From NCBI GenBank assembly GCA_001929475.1, contig LXFE01000400.1:1-44868 (forward strand): DNA of 44,868 nt. Direction: 5' to 3'. Positions within the stretch are counted from its first letter, which is position 1. Each line of letters begins with the position of its first letter. Source of the stretch: Neolecta irregularis DAH-3. Its lineage: Eukaryota. The notes under the pieces were generated by a model. That model was not told where the DNA came from, searched no databases, and was given only the letters and a program-made list of their open reading frames with translations. A program made the position numbers and the translations under genes. Below are positions 23,292-39,427 of the stretch, piece after piece.

Positions 23292-23866
23292 TTTGGGTTA
23301 TAAAGTTGAGTGAATGGATTGAGAGGAAAATTTCGGCGGCTTTTTCTGTCTTAGGGCGGGCGAGACTGCGCTTTGAAAAACTAACCACCAATATGGATCC
23401 TGGCCTGGTCAATTCTGGTTCCATATATAATGCTCTATAACTAGCTGTGTTACTCTCAATTCTTTGAAATCCACGAATAAACTAATGCTGAATTGATGTT
23501 GTCTACAGCAAGGGGACCCACCATGTCACTCTCTAATGAGCTGACGGTAAAATGATAAGACTCTAAACTTCTTATTTGAAAGCTTATGACTCGCCAGAAA
23601 ATTCGGGACTTGAAACCTACCGAGCGTTCTAGCGATGTTTTTTTTCGCACCAATGATATGAAAACAGCTAGTAAAACAAGTACGTCATTCTAACTAGTTT
23701 TTGCACTCCATTTTCGTCCAAAATTGTTTTTAGAATGCCAATCATTAATAAATATGAAGAGAGAATTGCACAACTCATTAACCTGATCCCATCAATTTCC
23801 GTACCCAAACCAGTCAATTAAAGCCAGTACAGAGCAACAAAATAATGCAGTAATGGAGGAAACCTT

Positions 23867-25076
23867 TTAAACCATATGAGAGATCTTCTCATGAGGCGTT
23901 ATTCGAGGGATCTCTTGAATAAGCAAATTTTCTGACGTCGTGGATTTTGTTATTTTCTCCTGCAATTCAACATTACTGGCTTGTCAAGCATGCATTTCAT
24001 GCTATTCATACGCATAGATAGCTCCGCCAGCAAGTGCTAAAATTATTCCAATTACATTGGTGAAAGTGGCCTTGAGGTCGAAGATCATAAATGACAGAGC
24101 AACAGTCAATACTTGTTTAATGTTGGCTTGAATATTCAGAAACATCCTAACAAGGGGTATACCAGCAACCGTCAAGGTAAGAGCTCCACACTTTTGGTTC
24201 GCGGTGAAACTGACAACATTTAATCCGAACGCAATTATTCCGTTACCAAGAAGGCTCGCGAACATAGTTCTGGTCATTCCCGTCCTAGCATAGTCGCTAA
24301 AACGGGAAAGTTCGCCGGTAAGACTTGCATATATGAGGGTCTGCATGAAGGCCAAGGGTGACATTCGAAACAAAAGATCAAGGGGGTCAAGTTTCAACCT
24401 TCCAGTCAACAAGCGGTTTGTCATTACTGTCTTGACAGCTGCAAGGAAGGTCCCAAGGAGTGTTAAGAGGAAGCCTGCCTAATAAGTTGAAAGGGCGAGT
24501 GGTATATATACCAAATGTCGTTACGTAGTAATCTCCGTATGTCGCTAAACCTACTCCAGCAACCAACTATTCGATCAGACCTTTGGTCTGACTGACTGGA
24601 ATACAGGGATGACCGAAACATAGGTCATGAAGGAATATGATTTACGAAAGGCCAGAACAAAAATGAGAATGGTGAACAGAGGAGTGATTGCTCGGACAAC
24701 CTGATGGAGAGGGACGGTTACATTGTTCCTAGAGAGTCAGCACCACTGGTATCGGGACTCCGTGCAATGAAATGTTGCTCACAGCGATGTTTATTGTATA
24801 GAGGAACGAAAAAAGGAGTAGAACCAGCTGCTCCTTCCGATACAACTCAACCGGCCTGAATACACCTGTAAGCAAGAAGAGATAGCTGCCGCAAGAGGCA
24901 CAAAGCGCATGGACACCCGTGACGATATAGGGGAACGGGAAATGGTCCATGACCAACTTGTTGTAGATGGTCAGACCAAGATTGAACAGAAAGTAGACGG
25001 CGAGCAGCATGCACCGCTCTGCGGCAGACGAAGATTGGGCATCGTCGTGTCGGTGGATGGTGGGGCGCAGGGGCAT
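23867..25076 (-). CDS. Triose-phosphate/nucleotide-sugar transporter family (TPT/SLC35E-like) membrane protein
   Basis: YFLFNLGLTIYNK, FPFPY, FSFLYTINIAVSNISL..VTVPLHQVVRA, LAAVKTVMTNRL, DLLFRMSPLA, LNVVSFTAN, ANIKQ. Five introns, the first GC-AG (24729-24765). Confidence 0.88.
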
Positions 25077-25192
25077 CCAGGTATAGGCTGTATGCAATCA
25101 GGTAAGGCTATCTCCCGGGTGAAGCCGGCTGACCGTTCTGCTGCCTTCGGGTGTGGCCGGCTGGACCGCCTGCTGGTCTTCTTAGCGCCAGA

Positions 25193-26977
25193 ATGAGAGA
25201 CCCAGAACCCGCTCGCAGGCCCGGGTCCAAACACAGCCGCCCGTCTATCGACCTCCGCCTTCTCAGGACATCTCTCTCCTCTAAAAACGCTGCAAAGCCG
25301 GAGAACGCAGTTTTAGTCCAGTCCGTTCGACATATGCATACTGTTTCTTCCAACGATCAAGATAGAGGCAGCAGCCACAGCTACAAGAAGCCTCACACGG
25401 TCATATCCAAGACAGTCGTCTTTGCAAGGCGATGGGCAAAAGTTGTCGGCCCCGGCATCTTGATATCAGTCGCATATCTTGATCCCGGAAATTTTTCCAC
25501 TGCTACCTCAGCAGGTGCGCAATTTCGATTCAAGCTGCTTTTCATTACATTCCTATCCAATTGCTTCGCCCTCTATCTTCAAGCTATATCTTGTCAACTT
25601 GGAACAGTTACCGGATTAGGTTTGTAGAACCTGTCTTGCTTTCGCTAGCTTATGTTTCTTAGATCTTGCAACATGCTGCCGAGTTCATCTCCCACGCTGG
25701 CTCAACTACATCATCTACGCCTTTGCAGAAGTCTGTATTATAGCAACTGACATTGTGAGTACTATACACAATTTTTCCTAACAATTAGGCGGAAGTCATC
25801 GGCTCTGCAATCGCTCTCAACATACTCTTCAACATTCCTCTTACTGCTGGTATAACAATAACTACGCTTGATGTCCTATTAGTCCTTCTGGCATGGCGTC
25901 CGCGAGGTTCTATGCGTGGTCTTCGATTCTTCGAAGCTTTTGTAGCTTGTCTTGTAGCAGCCGTGGTGATATGCTTCATCATTCTCTTGGCCAATGTTTC
26001 AAACATCGATGCCACTGAAGTCATGAAAGGGTTCCTCCCTTCTAAAACCCTCTTTGAAAAAGATGCTTTGTATTGCTCTGTTGGAATTCTTGGTGCTACT
26101 GTTATGCCCCATTCGCTGTTCTTAGGGTCCGGTTTAGTTCAACCACGCCTTCGGGAATACGATTTACAACACAACAACGTCATCGTTTCTGATTTTGAAT
26201 ATAACGATACTATTTATCGTCCTACCCTCGATGCTATTCGAAGCACTTTGGCGTTCTCGATCGCCGAGGTTGCAGTATCTTTATTAACATTCGCATTCTT
26301 CGTAAATTCGGCTATCTTGATAGTCGCAGGGGCAACACTGAGCGATATCCCAGATGCGGCTGACGCCGACTTGTTCGCGATCAACCACCTACTTAGAAGC
26401 CAGTTATCGACCGCTGCTGGTGTGATCTTTGCAGTTGCATTATTGTGCAGTGGATTCAGCGGCGGTATTGTTACTACCATGGTTGGTCAGCAGATTGCAG
26501 AAGGCTTCATCCAATGGAAAATTCGACCTTGGCTGAGAAGACTTCTCACTCGATGTATTGCTCTCATCCCATCTCTAATCGTCGCTATCGTTGTTGGGAG
26601 ATCCGGTTTAAATGTTGTCTTGAATGCAACCCAAGTAAATTTTCTTTGCAATATATATTTACCTCTAGGTTATTTTGAGTATCATTCTCCCAATTGTTGC
26701 AGGCCCGATGCTATACTTCGCTTCATCAAAGAAGGTGATGAATGTCCCAGTTCTTCGAGATGATAGCTCTACTATCAGCCTTTTTACATCAGACAATACT
26801 TCGTGTCATAGGCAAAATGAGGATCATGTAAATATGGCCCATGGATGGATCCTCTCTTCAATCAGTATTTTCGTTTGGGTTTTTATTGCGGGTTTGAATT
26901 TGTACTATGCATTCTTACTTACATATCACTGACCGTCTAGATTCATGTTGATACAAATGGCATTGGGAAATAGTTAG
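25193..26977 (+). CDS. NRAMP/SMF divalent metal transporter
   Basis: GPGILISVAYLDPGN, LGTVTGLDLA, ATDIAEVIGSAIAL, GILGATVMPHSLFLGS, VNSAILIVAG, GQQIAEGF, RRLLTR. Start could also be a downstream Met. Confidence 0.93.
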
Positions 26978-27318
26978 GGTTCCAGGATAGTCTACCCTCG
27001 TCAAAAATCATTCTAGAGCTTATTGAGCATCTGCTTGACGCGGTGATGTTTCCTTTCCTTTACTCTTGAATGTTGTATTATGAGTATATTCCGAATTCGC
27101 CTTTTCATCATGTCCACATGATTCTAAGGAAATTTTAATGCCTTAGGAGATCGACCTCATGTCTCAACATTGAGACATTTAAATGTAAGATGAGTTTTAT
27201 ATTACGAGAGCTTTGCGAACTACTAAGATTAGCAGGAACTAGCAAGATTAAGCCAACGTTTCAAAGAAACTTCTGTCTCGTTTCAACTGCTTCTCAGTAC
27301 CTGCCTGATAAGGTAAAT

Positions 27319-29791
27319 TTACACACACCTGTAAGAACTCCAACCCTCGTCTTCGGGAGAAAAGCTAGGGAATCCTGGATTTCCGCGCTGGGAGTGATGA
27401 ACACTAGGAGTATCATTCAAAGTCGAATGTTGGCGGCCAAGAAACCCGAACATTTGGTTCATACCCTGTAGTTCCATTTGCTGTGTCAGGCCAGGAAACA
27501 TAGCCACAGTTGAATAATTAGCTGCATTTATCAGCAAAAGTCCAGCAAGCGGTTTAACCAGTAACATTGGGATCTCCATAACCTGGCGTTGCGTACATCG
27601 GATTAAGTTGCATCGTCTTGGGAGATTTCGAAAAAGATTCGTATTCTGGGTAAGCAGCTCTGATCTTCCGAAGGCTCTCTTTTATTTCGGCAGAAGAGCT
27701 GTCTGAAAGCGCTATTTCCAGAAATTCCGATAGCTTATGAAAATAGGCTAGGGCATCGGAGTCGAACCGGGTCGCATGGATCAAAACGAAGACTGCAGCT
27801 ACACATGCATAAATAGTGAAATTGATTCCGCGGAGCATATATTTGAAGTGTTTTAGACCATACTGTTGATACACTGCTGTTACATATTGCGTAATTGCTT
27901 TCGCGGCGTAGATTGCTTTCGAAATATGCTTTGATGCTTCAGTAGTAGTTGACTTTTCAGGAGGCGAATGTAGCAGCCACGGACGATACATCAAGAGAGA
28001 AGTCATCCAAAATGCTATCTGTAGATTCACCGAAAAATGATGTTTTGGAAGAGGAAATGGTTCAGCAATAGATCCTGGGAGTTGTATTCGAAGTTGCGGA
28101 GGAAGTTTTTCCTGCCATGATTCGAGAATTTGCGAGAGCGTTTTATAGCGAGGGTCACTCGGCCAGAAACCACTGCCCCACTGTGTGACTATTTCAGTAG
28201 CTCTTCGGAGGAGTCTAATAAGCATATTCAGGTATGTAAAATTGTTCAGCAGTTCCAATTCGGTTTCGTCGTCACCGGCATCAGCCGTGTAATTTGTATC
28301 GTCCAAATTAGCTCTTGACATCTGCGATTCTCGCCCTATCATATTCAATACTTTGCCGCACGCATAGCCTGATACCCTGAGCAGTTGACATGAGTTGATC
28401 GATGTGACTAACTACCTGCCAGACGCGCTTCTCGGCAGGACTTGATCTATTTCTCGTCGTGGATTTGTTGAGCCCACAGTCGATACCCATGCGAATCGCG
28501 GCGCTCAGCATCATCCAGCCACGGTAGTAATAGCCATCTGGTTGTTGAGAATGAGAAAGAAGACATCATACCTCCAGGCATTGTCTCTTTGCACTTGATC
28601 AATATCAAAATACCTTGGACTGTAGTAAAACGTGCGCAGTCTAAGAAATCGTCCAGGTGATCTATCGGTCAGACAACTGTCCTAGATTGGGTCAACCCAA
28701 AGCACGCCGATACCACATCACTCCTGCAGTATTTGTGTCTTCTGGTGAATCTTGTATGGCAGGACCTTCACAGAGCCGGCACGCAGTTCCAAACATACAT
28801 TCAAGAAGGAAAAGGGACATGTTTTCTCTCTCATATCTCCACTGATGATAAAATAGGGATTTGTTGATAACTGGCATATATGGGTGTATATCCGCGAAGT
28901 AAATGTCTAGCAAAGCATTGGCCAAAGGCTCTGGTGGAAGGAGGTCCTTCCGAACTTGAATGGGGTAAGATTCCATGATAGGTGAGTCTTTATGGACTGT
29001 AAGTCCGGAATCATGGGACAGAGACGAATTCGAGCTGATAGACCCCCAACTGAAACCTTTTGCGTGTTCTTTCTGAACAATATATGTAGCTGTTTTCGTT
29101 ATTACGAGAGTTTAACGTTATTATACCTTTCCCTGTTGGGTCGATTGTTAGCGCTTCGAGGGATGCAGACATAGCTTCGATTTCGGAAAACTGATGCAAA
29201 TGAGGAGGCGATGATAACGAAGTATGATCGTTCTGAGAGAGGAAATCTGCAGGAGCTGAATGTGACATCATGTTTGCTTGGCTTGGAATAGGCTCCGGAG
29301 TCCAGAGGACTTCGGGAGCTCCGTAGGTGCTATAACCAGATGGAATAGAGTTGGTTGACGGTGTCGACATCACGCGTTGGGCGCGGAGAGGCACTTCATT
29401 TTGGGATGCATCGCCAGAAGCGCTGCAGTCTCCGTTAATTGAAACGCTCTCCGAACAATATAACTCATGCGATGGGGAGATAGAATGGTTTTGCTGGAAT
29501 ATTGTAGATGGATTTCGAGACATTGAAGATGAGTGCATCGGCGGGGCGATACATTCAATCCTCAGACGCTTGCAGTTGGAACACCCGGTTCCATCAGAAT
29601 GTATTAGGTCGCACCGTACCTACAGATGTATTAGCGATGTAGGTAAAGAATCCAACTTTGCGCCTTCGACAGCTTTCACAGGCTCGCGCGATTTTTAAAC
29701 GCTTTGAACGATTCTGTTCATCGACAAAAACGTAGTCTGCGAGAGAGTGACCTTCAGCGGATGTTTGCAGCACCGGAAGTGACTTACTCAT
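27319..29791 (-). CDS. Zn(II)2Cys6 transcription factor with fungal-specific (Fungal_trans/MHR) domain
   Basis: Spliced RACESCRRRK|VRCDLIHSDGTGCSNCKRLRIEC (C-x2-C-x6-C-x9-C-x2-C-x6-C); YFADIHPYMPVI, TTVQGILIL, GWMMLSAAIRMGIDCGLN, EKRVW, LMYRPW. Last exon boundary uncertain. Confidence 0.9.
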
Positions 29792-30535
29792 TTTGTTGGG
29801 AACTCCGAAGGCAATTATCATTTCGGCGCTCAAGAACTTAAGTAGTACGCCGGGGCACGATCCCCCGACGCAGGTGGTTAGGATGAACAGAGGGGTAGAA
29901 TATAGCACGGAGCTGATTCCGAAATAGCGGCGCGAATTAGCATCTCTAACATGGCCAATGCACTCTGTCGATCTCCGATATCAGGCTATCTCGATTAATA
30001 CATGGAGAGAATTCGAGAAACTTAGCATTAAGATATTTCTTGGATTCTCACATCGGTAGGGATGTAGGAATCCCAGTAGTCAATGACTCAGTGGCCTCGG
30101 GTATAATTTCTTGAAAGCTCAAGCGTTTCCCAGTGTGAATTACAAGTCATTACGGTCCTTGAGACTAGAGTGGAATTTGCATTTCCGTAAACAAGTAGCT
30201 GCCACTTGGCGCAAATAGTGGATAAACTCCCTGGTGTCACGAGGTTGAGAAGTGTTATTGCGATGTCCATTTGACAAAGTAGAATTAAGCACCACAAATA
30301 GGCACAAGTACATGACCTGTCCGGTCGTATCACGCTATCTTGGCGCCACCAGTCATTCCCTTGGGTTACGATCGGGAGATAATCAAGAGACAAAAGTTCA
30401 AATTCAGCCTTGCACAGCCTATTTGTGAGTTGAAACGAGATAGCTGTGAGGAGGCGTCGGTGATATCCGTTTGGATTCGCAACTCGCCACTTCCAATACC
30501 AACACACTTCAACCATACTTCATATCATCTTCATA

Positions 30536-31094
30536 ATGCAAACCACAGAACCCCAAAACTCGAATCCCAATGTTCTGCCCCCCTCTGCTATTCTTGCTCG
30601 AAGCATTACAAAAGACTGGGATGTGATCGCCACCGAAATCGATCAAGATGAACGAGATCCGATAGACGCACAAGAAATATATGGTATGGGAAACTTGCCA
30701 TAAAGCTACAGCTCTCTCTGACACTACTGATCCAGACTTACTTAAGGATATTTCAGACCCCGAACATCCTCTAACATTGTCTCAACTTGCGGTTGTCCAG
30801 TTAACTCAAATTTATGTAACTGATCACCCCGCAGCACCTTCGAAAGTCGTCGTTGAAATTACGCCAACAATACCCCATTGTAGTCTAGCAACCCTGATTG
30901 GCTTGTGTATCAAAGTTCGGTTGGAGCGAGCATTACCTCCGCGTTTCCGTATTGACGTTAAAGTCCGAAAGGGAACACATCAAAGCGAGAACCAAGTGAA
31001 CAAGCAGCTAGGCGATAAGGAACGAGTTGCCGCTGCATGTGAGAATGATAAATTATTGGAAGTTATTTCTGGAATGATGTCTACGTGTGCTTAG
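30536..31094 (+). CDS. CIA2: Cytosolic Fe-S assembly factor Cia2/MIP18 (FAM96B)
   Basis: [68 protein letters not shown]; one intron. Confidence 0.95.
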
Positions 31095-31213
31095 GAAGAT
31101 CGCAGCAAGTGTAAAGCGTTTGATTACTTTTTTCAAGTTAAGAAAATACGTAGTTAACACTGTATTGGCGGCTATTCCTAAATCTAGCTTATTTTACCTT
31201 CTTATACACAGAC

Positions 31214-34200
31214 TTAGATCAAAGAGGATCCATTGAGAACGTCTGTCTGAGAGATACTTGCTATCATGTCTTCGTCACTGGAACATGTTAGTGCTCTCGG
31301 ATCGCAGTAGGATGCTTACAAATACTTAGATGGTGTGATTTCATCATTTAACCCCTTTCTCCGACGTGTTTTGATCATGAAATCTCGAGCAAGCTGTTGC
31401 GCCGAAGCAGGCTCAAGCGCCCTAATAATAAGACTCTTGTCAAGTGGGTCACCAGGAACAATCTAAGGGTAAGACATCGATACAAGTGTATGTGAACGGA
31501 CCTGCCAATGGGCAAAAACTTGTTGGCAAAATGCTTGACCCTGCGTATGTGTCCGCAAGTCTGTCTCAAATCCGGCTGAATCAATAACAGGTATATAGGC
31601 TTTGACGATATATAAAGGAGAACCGGCATTGGGTTTGTCTTGGATCACATGCCCACGACGACGGGCTAGAACGTTGTATACAGCCGAAACGCAGTCAGCC
31701 GGTGCTTGAACTTCGACAGCGTAAACAGGTTCCATAAGTCGTGGTGTAGCCTGTGATTAGATTCCTGACAAATAGGGAGCGACAAACTGTTAGGAATGAA
31801 GAATAACAAACTCGTCTAGCAGTGGGAATTATTTGGCCTCCACCCCTATATATAGGTTCTGAAGCAAGTGCAGCATCCATGATCTTGAATTTGACATTTC
31901 TAATAGCTAAAAATATAAATTTGTTAGTCGTTCGAGTCTGACATACGCTCATCGCATAAAGGACCTTCTCGAGTCCCCCACTGAAATCCTTGTCTGATTG
32001 AGTCACGTACAGAATTTAGAAGTTTTTTGTCAACTTCGCTGGGTAGGGTATCATTCTGAAGAATATTTGGTCCCTGATCATCAGGTCCAAAAGCCCAAAT
32101 AGAACGAGAGGCAAGTAAATCCCATTGATGATTCTCTTCAAAGTATCTGCCGATCTGTTTTATCGGCCATTTTATGTTAACTATTCCGCTTTCGATATCT
32201 TCAGCGATACCTTTGTCCAAAGGTTCGGCGATCATTGTAATTTTATTCCTGCTTATTAGTAAAGAGGAAATGCAGACGTTTACTTCTTGTTTGGTGTCTG
32301 AGCATAGCATTTGATAGCAGATGTCTCGACAACAGTCTCACAGAATCTTGTCACTGGATCTGATACTTTGATTTCAATTTCGGAATATAATTTTCTAAGA
32401 TCGTGAAGCACGGCATCGAGATAGAGTTCCCCAGTACCAAGGATAATGTGTTCGCCGGATTCTTCGACCTTTGTTACAACAAGTGGGAAGCTTTTATTGA
32501 TCTTCCGAAGTCCGTCGAGCATCTTGGGAAGTTCTGATGGGTTGACAGGTTCCACGGCAACTTTGAGAACTGAGTGCGTAAAATGGCTGATGGGCTTAAA
32601 AATATAAACTTCGTCGTCAAAGTCTGCTCCGATTACTGTAGCCGTCTTTACAATCGAGTTATCGATTCCTCCTAACAAGACCCAATTCCCAGCGGGAATT
32701 GCCTCTGTAATCACGCGATACTGCGACTCGTATACCCAAATATCCGATATTGTAACGACCGTCATATCCTCTTCGTCATCGAGTGTATACCCTTCTCCGA
32801 GAACCTTGACTTTCTGGCCGTGTTTGACTGTACCGCTAAATACCCTGCCAAAGGAGTGAAATGTGCTCGCGTCTATACTGCTGTATAATTTCGTGATTTG
32901 AATAACGAGAGGGCCATCTGGGTCGCATTTTAGAAGCGATTCTCTGAGAGTTGAATTAAGAGGACCGGTATACATGTTGTCAATCTGAAAGAGTTAAATA
33001 GTCTCCAGAGCTTGTATGTACCATATTTTTCGCATTTTCTACGGGAGAAGGAATGTGTTGCAATACCATATCCACGAAACCTGTGACAGTTCCAAAGAAT
33101 TGTTCGCAGATGGAACGCAAAAGAGGTCGAGCGTTTTGCTTGTATACCTTGGGTTCAAGCCAAATGCCGAGACTCCTTAACGTCTTTTTTAAAGTAGCAG
33201 CATCCTCCCCAATAGTCTTGCCCATCAGTCTCTCGAAAAAAATAAATGAACCTGAGAATAAAGTTTATAAAGTGGCTCCAAAATAAAATGCACAAATGTT
33301 CGTTTCGAAACAGGTTCTAATGGCTTTCGAGAGAATTTTCTGCATTCTGGATTAAAGTATATATCACCCCACATTCGAGATGCGAAATCTTCAATGGCAA
33401 TGCCCTCTATATGGTCATGACAAATACTAGACGAATAACAAACCGTAAGTTTGGGCATACATCGTAGCGAAAGATTTCAATGAAAAACACCATCCCATAG
33501 ACGCAGACGCGAAACAGACGTTCCCCCGTTCAGGCGATAATCTAATGTCTCTGTCAGGAGCAGCATTACTGATCATCGTGTTAACTTCTTCAATCGCATG
33601 TTTGATCTTGAAGTACGCATCTGTCGGTGGCAATTTGAGTTCGAGAATCAGACGGTCGATCTTATTAATTACCAGAACGATAGGCACGTTCTCTGTCATA
33701 AGGTGTCGAATGACCTTTTCGGTATTTATCATGGCCTTGTCGATTAGGTGATAAGCTTGGACGATAGAGTACCCCTTCTACGGCATCTACAATAATGACA
33801 GCGCCATCACAAAGCCTTGTAGCGCAAGCAACTTCGTCAACAAAGTTGACGTGGCCGGGTGTATCGAATATGTTAAAAAGACTACTTTTTCCCTTGCCGT
33901 TCTGTATCACCAGACTCATGGGCATGGATTTCATTGACACACCCCTTTCCCGTTCCAGATTTTGAGTATCGGTATACCGTAAAGGCTTGTTAACCTTGAC
34001 TTTAAGGTCGTGTGTTTCCTGGACAAGCATGTCCATGAACGTGGTTTTTCCGTGGTGTAGATTTCCGACAAGCGCTATATTGCGAATCGATTCCGGCAGC
34101 GACATGAGATACATCATAAATCTAGCAGTCATGAGTGCTGAGACATCAAGGGATCAATATTTACTCCCGAGAAAAATGAACAGGCGGTAAATCTTTTTCT

Positions 34201-34639
34201 TCAATAGCGAATTTCTTTATGCGGATGGGCTTGATAACTGGTTCACTGAGAGGCTGTGTATCCTCTTCTTGTACAAGAGCTTCGACATCTGCTCCAAATA
34301 CCTATCATAAATATACGACCGAGAAATCAATTGTACTTGAGCTGCTGTAGGATAGTATTGTTTGTCTTCGTGAAGAACAACCGCATTCGAAGGTTGATCT
34401 ATGAACAATAAGAACAAAATTTCCAGGAGAGTAATCAAACCATCTACTTCCATCAAATGCATATTGCTTTGTTTATCCTCGGGTTCCTCCTCTAGATATA
34501 CATCCGTTTTTGATTGCTGCAAAGTTAGAGCCTTTTCGTCATCTGAATCTTCAGCTCCGCCAATATAATTCCCAAATCTATGGGGATTAATAAGAAACGC
34601 AATTCATAACAAATACTCGTCATAGAGCGAGTCATCCAT
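31214..34639 (-). CDS. SNU114: U5 snRNP GTPase Snu114/EFTUD2
   Basis: [94 protein letters not shown]; about 13 introns. Confidence 0.97.
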
Positions 34640-34671
34640 CGAAATAGGAGATAAGAGGAAAGACCGAATAA

Positions 34672-36107
<1,436 letters not shown>

Positions 36108-36851
36108 TATATTCGTTAGATTCTGAATTGGTGCTTTAAAGTAAAACTGCATTCTGATGAGCAAGGAGATTTTGGGCTCTTGATCCTACTAAACATGATA
36201 GATTCTTAGCAAAGCGTGCCCTCGTGTTAGCATTTGAACAGTTCCATGATAATCGGCCCTAGTTGCTTCAATGATTTCCTGGACTTGATGCAGATAACAC
36301 CCAACCATATCCTCCTGTCAGCCAGTTTTCGCAATATATGAAGTGGATGTTAGATCTTCGTCTGGGTCCTCTCGAGTTCTTTCCATCCATCGGCTAGTCA
36401 GTGATTTAGTGCACTATGCCGTTCTACTCTTTTCAATAATGGCGTCACGAGAAACCATACGGTTAGGAATCGAAGTACAATGAATATATTCGAATCTTCC
36501 AACTTTTAATAAGTCTTCAAAGGGCCTGAAAACCTGCAATTTAGGGGACTTGATGAAGTTCTCTTTCTGGAGGTGCACGATACGAAAGCATCCTGACTGA
36601 TCTTCAAGACGATTGAAAAGTAGGTCCAACCACCGTTGAAGGCCTTTCTGGTACATCCATCTTCTTTCTATTTATTTAAAATTCCTGACTGACATATCTT
36701 TGTAATGTTTCGAGCTTGATCTGTAACGAGTCCAGGGAAAGAATGCCGCTTTTAGCGTGCTGAAAAATGAAAAGGATTCTGAACAAATTTTAGGATATAC
36801 GCGACGATTTTCTGCGTAGGTGCTCTATACACTACACCGTTCAAGTGTTAT

Positions 36852-37460
36852 TTAGAACTCGGCTTGGAAATTTTGGCATCCGATTTTGTTGAGGTAGTGA
36901 AGGGATTCAACATTGGCAAACCTGGGGGAAACCGCCCGATTTTGTACTCGTTGGACACTGGAACGTGCCATCTTCCATTCGTCAATGATCATTAGTCTGG
37001 GAGGCGCTGTAGTCACTCATGTCGGAAACTTCAAGAAACTACCTTCCATTCTCGCGGTAGCTGTCTTCGAAGGTTCGCCTCCTGCTTTCGACTTTATTCA
37101 AAGTCAAGGATATGCCAATACGGTTCTCAAAAGAATGCAAGATACCTAGCAGACCATCCACCGAAATTTGATTCTTTGGAACAGGCAGTTCAATGGCAGT
37201 ATGTCCTTTGATTTAGAGTTGTTTTTGATTTAGAACTGTTCAACCCTAAAGGATAAAATCGCAACACCAAGTCTGCGAGGGCTTCAGTACCGCCTCTTTT
37301 ATACCAAGGGGGAAACAATTGGAAATGGAGGACAAGTGTAGTGATTGAGTCATTCTGGAAGGGTATGTCTGAGCAACATACACTCTGACATTTTCTTGCA
37401 TAGGATTGACAGTTAGAATGGTTCCATGATCTTTCTGAAAAGTTTATTTATCAACTATAA
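36852..37460 (+). pseudogene. PPE1: Decayed internal fragment of PP2A methylesterase (Ppe1/PME-1)
   Basis: Collinear blocks LELGLEILASDFVEVV / WGKPPDFVLVGH-x-LGGAVVTHV / EG-YANTVLKRMQ / YLADHPPKFDSLEQAVQW / RNTKSARASVPPLL..WKWRT..FWKEWFHDLSEKF match the PME-1 core as recalled. At least three frameshifts, the GHSLGG Ser codon reads TGT, one donor reads GAACGT, and no N- or C-terminal part is visible. Confidence 0.8.
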
Positions 37461-37950
37461 ACCAGATATTGGTTTCTTTACCTTTACGGAGGGTGAAATG
37501 TTATGTGTGGAGTTCAGATGAATTCCACCTGTGCGTAGATATTTCTTCCTCGTTTCTTCAAGCTCCATTTGACGATGTTGCCGATTCAGACAGGCACATA
37601 CTGCCTTAGTCTGTAAGGAATAATTTGACACCAGGTAGCTCCGCTCAAGCATATGTTGGCAGAAAAATCTCTTCGGATAATGAGGATGGATATAATGCTT
37701 TGTTTCGTCTAATATGAGGAAGTAAAGGCCTTGTTAAGCAGACTGTAGAACACTTAATGAGGCCGAATGATCTGGAGGGGTTTATCTGACGAGTTTAACC
37801 TGGTTAGATCGAGAAGGAAACCGTAGCAGGGTTCAGAAACCAAGAAAACAGACCCGGGATTTTGACTCCCAAAAATTATTTTATTCCGAGGTTCCCCTCA
37901 TATTATAGCTGAGTCCTCGCCACACCTCAAACCTGCGTAGACTACTTTCA

Positions 37951-39291
<1,341 letters not shown>

Positions 39292-39427
39292 ATATTTAGA
39301 CATGTAGTAAGAAAAGGAAATCCATTGATCTATAGACATTTTATTCATAAATGAATTTATCAGGTTGTTTGGCAAATTTATAAGACTGTAGGTTTTATAC
39401 TGTACAGACGAGAGGAATCCGGCCCAG

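Noticed and set aside
30088-30516. 142-aa minus-strand ORF
   Set aside because: No motif, atypical Cys/Trp-rich composition, and it lies in the divergent promoter region of the transcription factor and CIA2.
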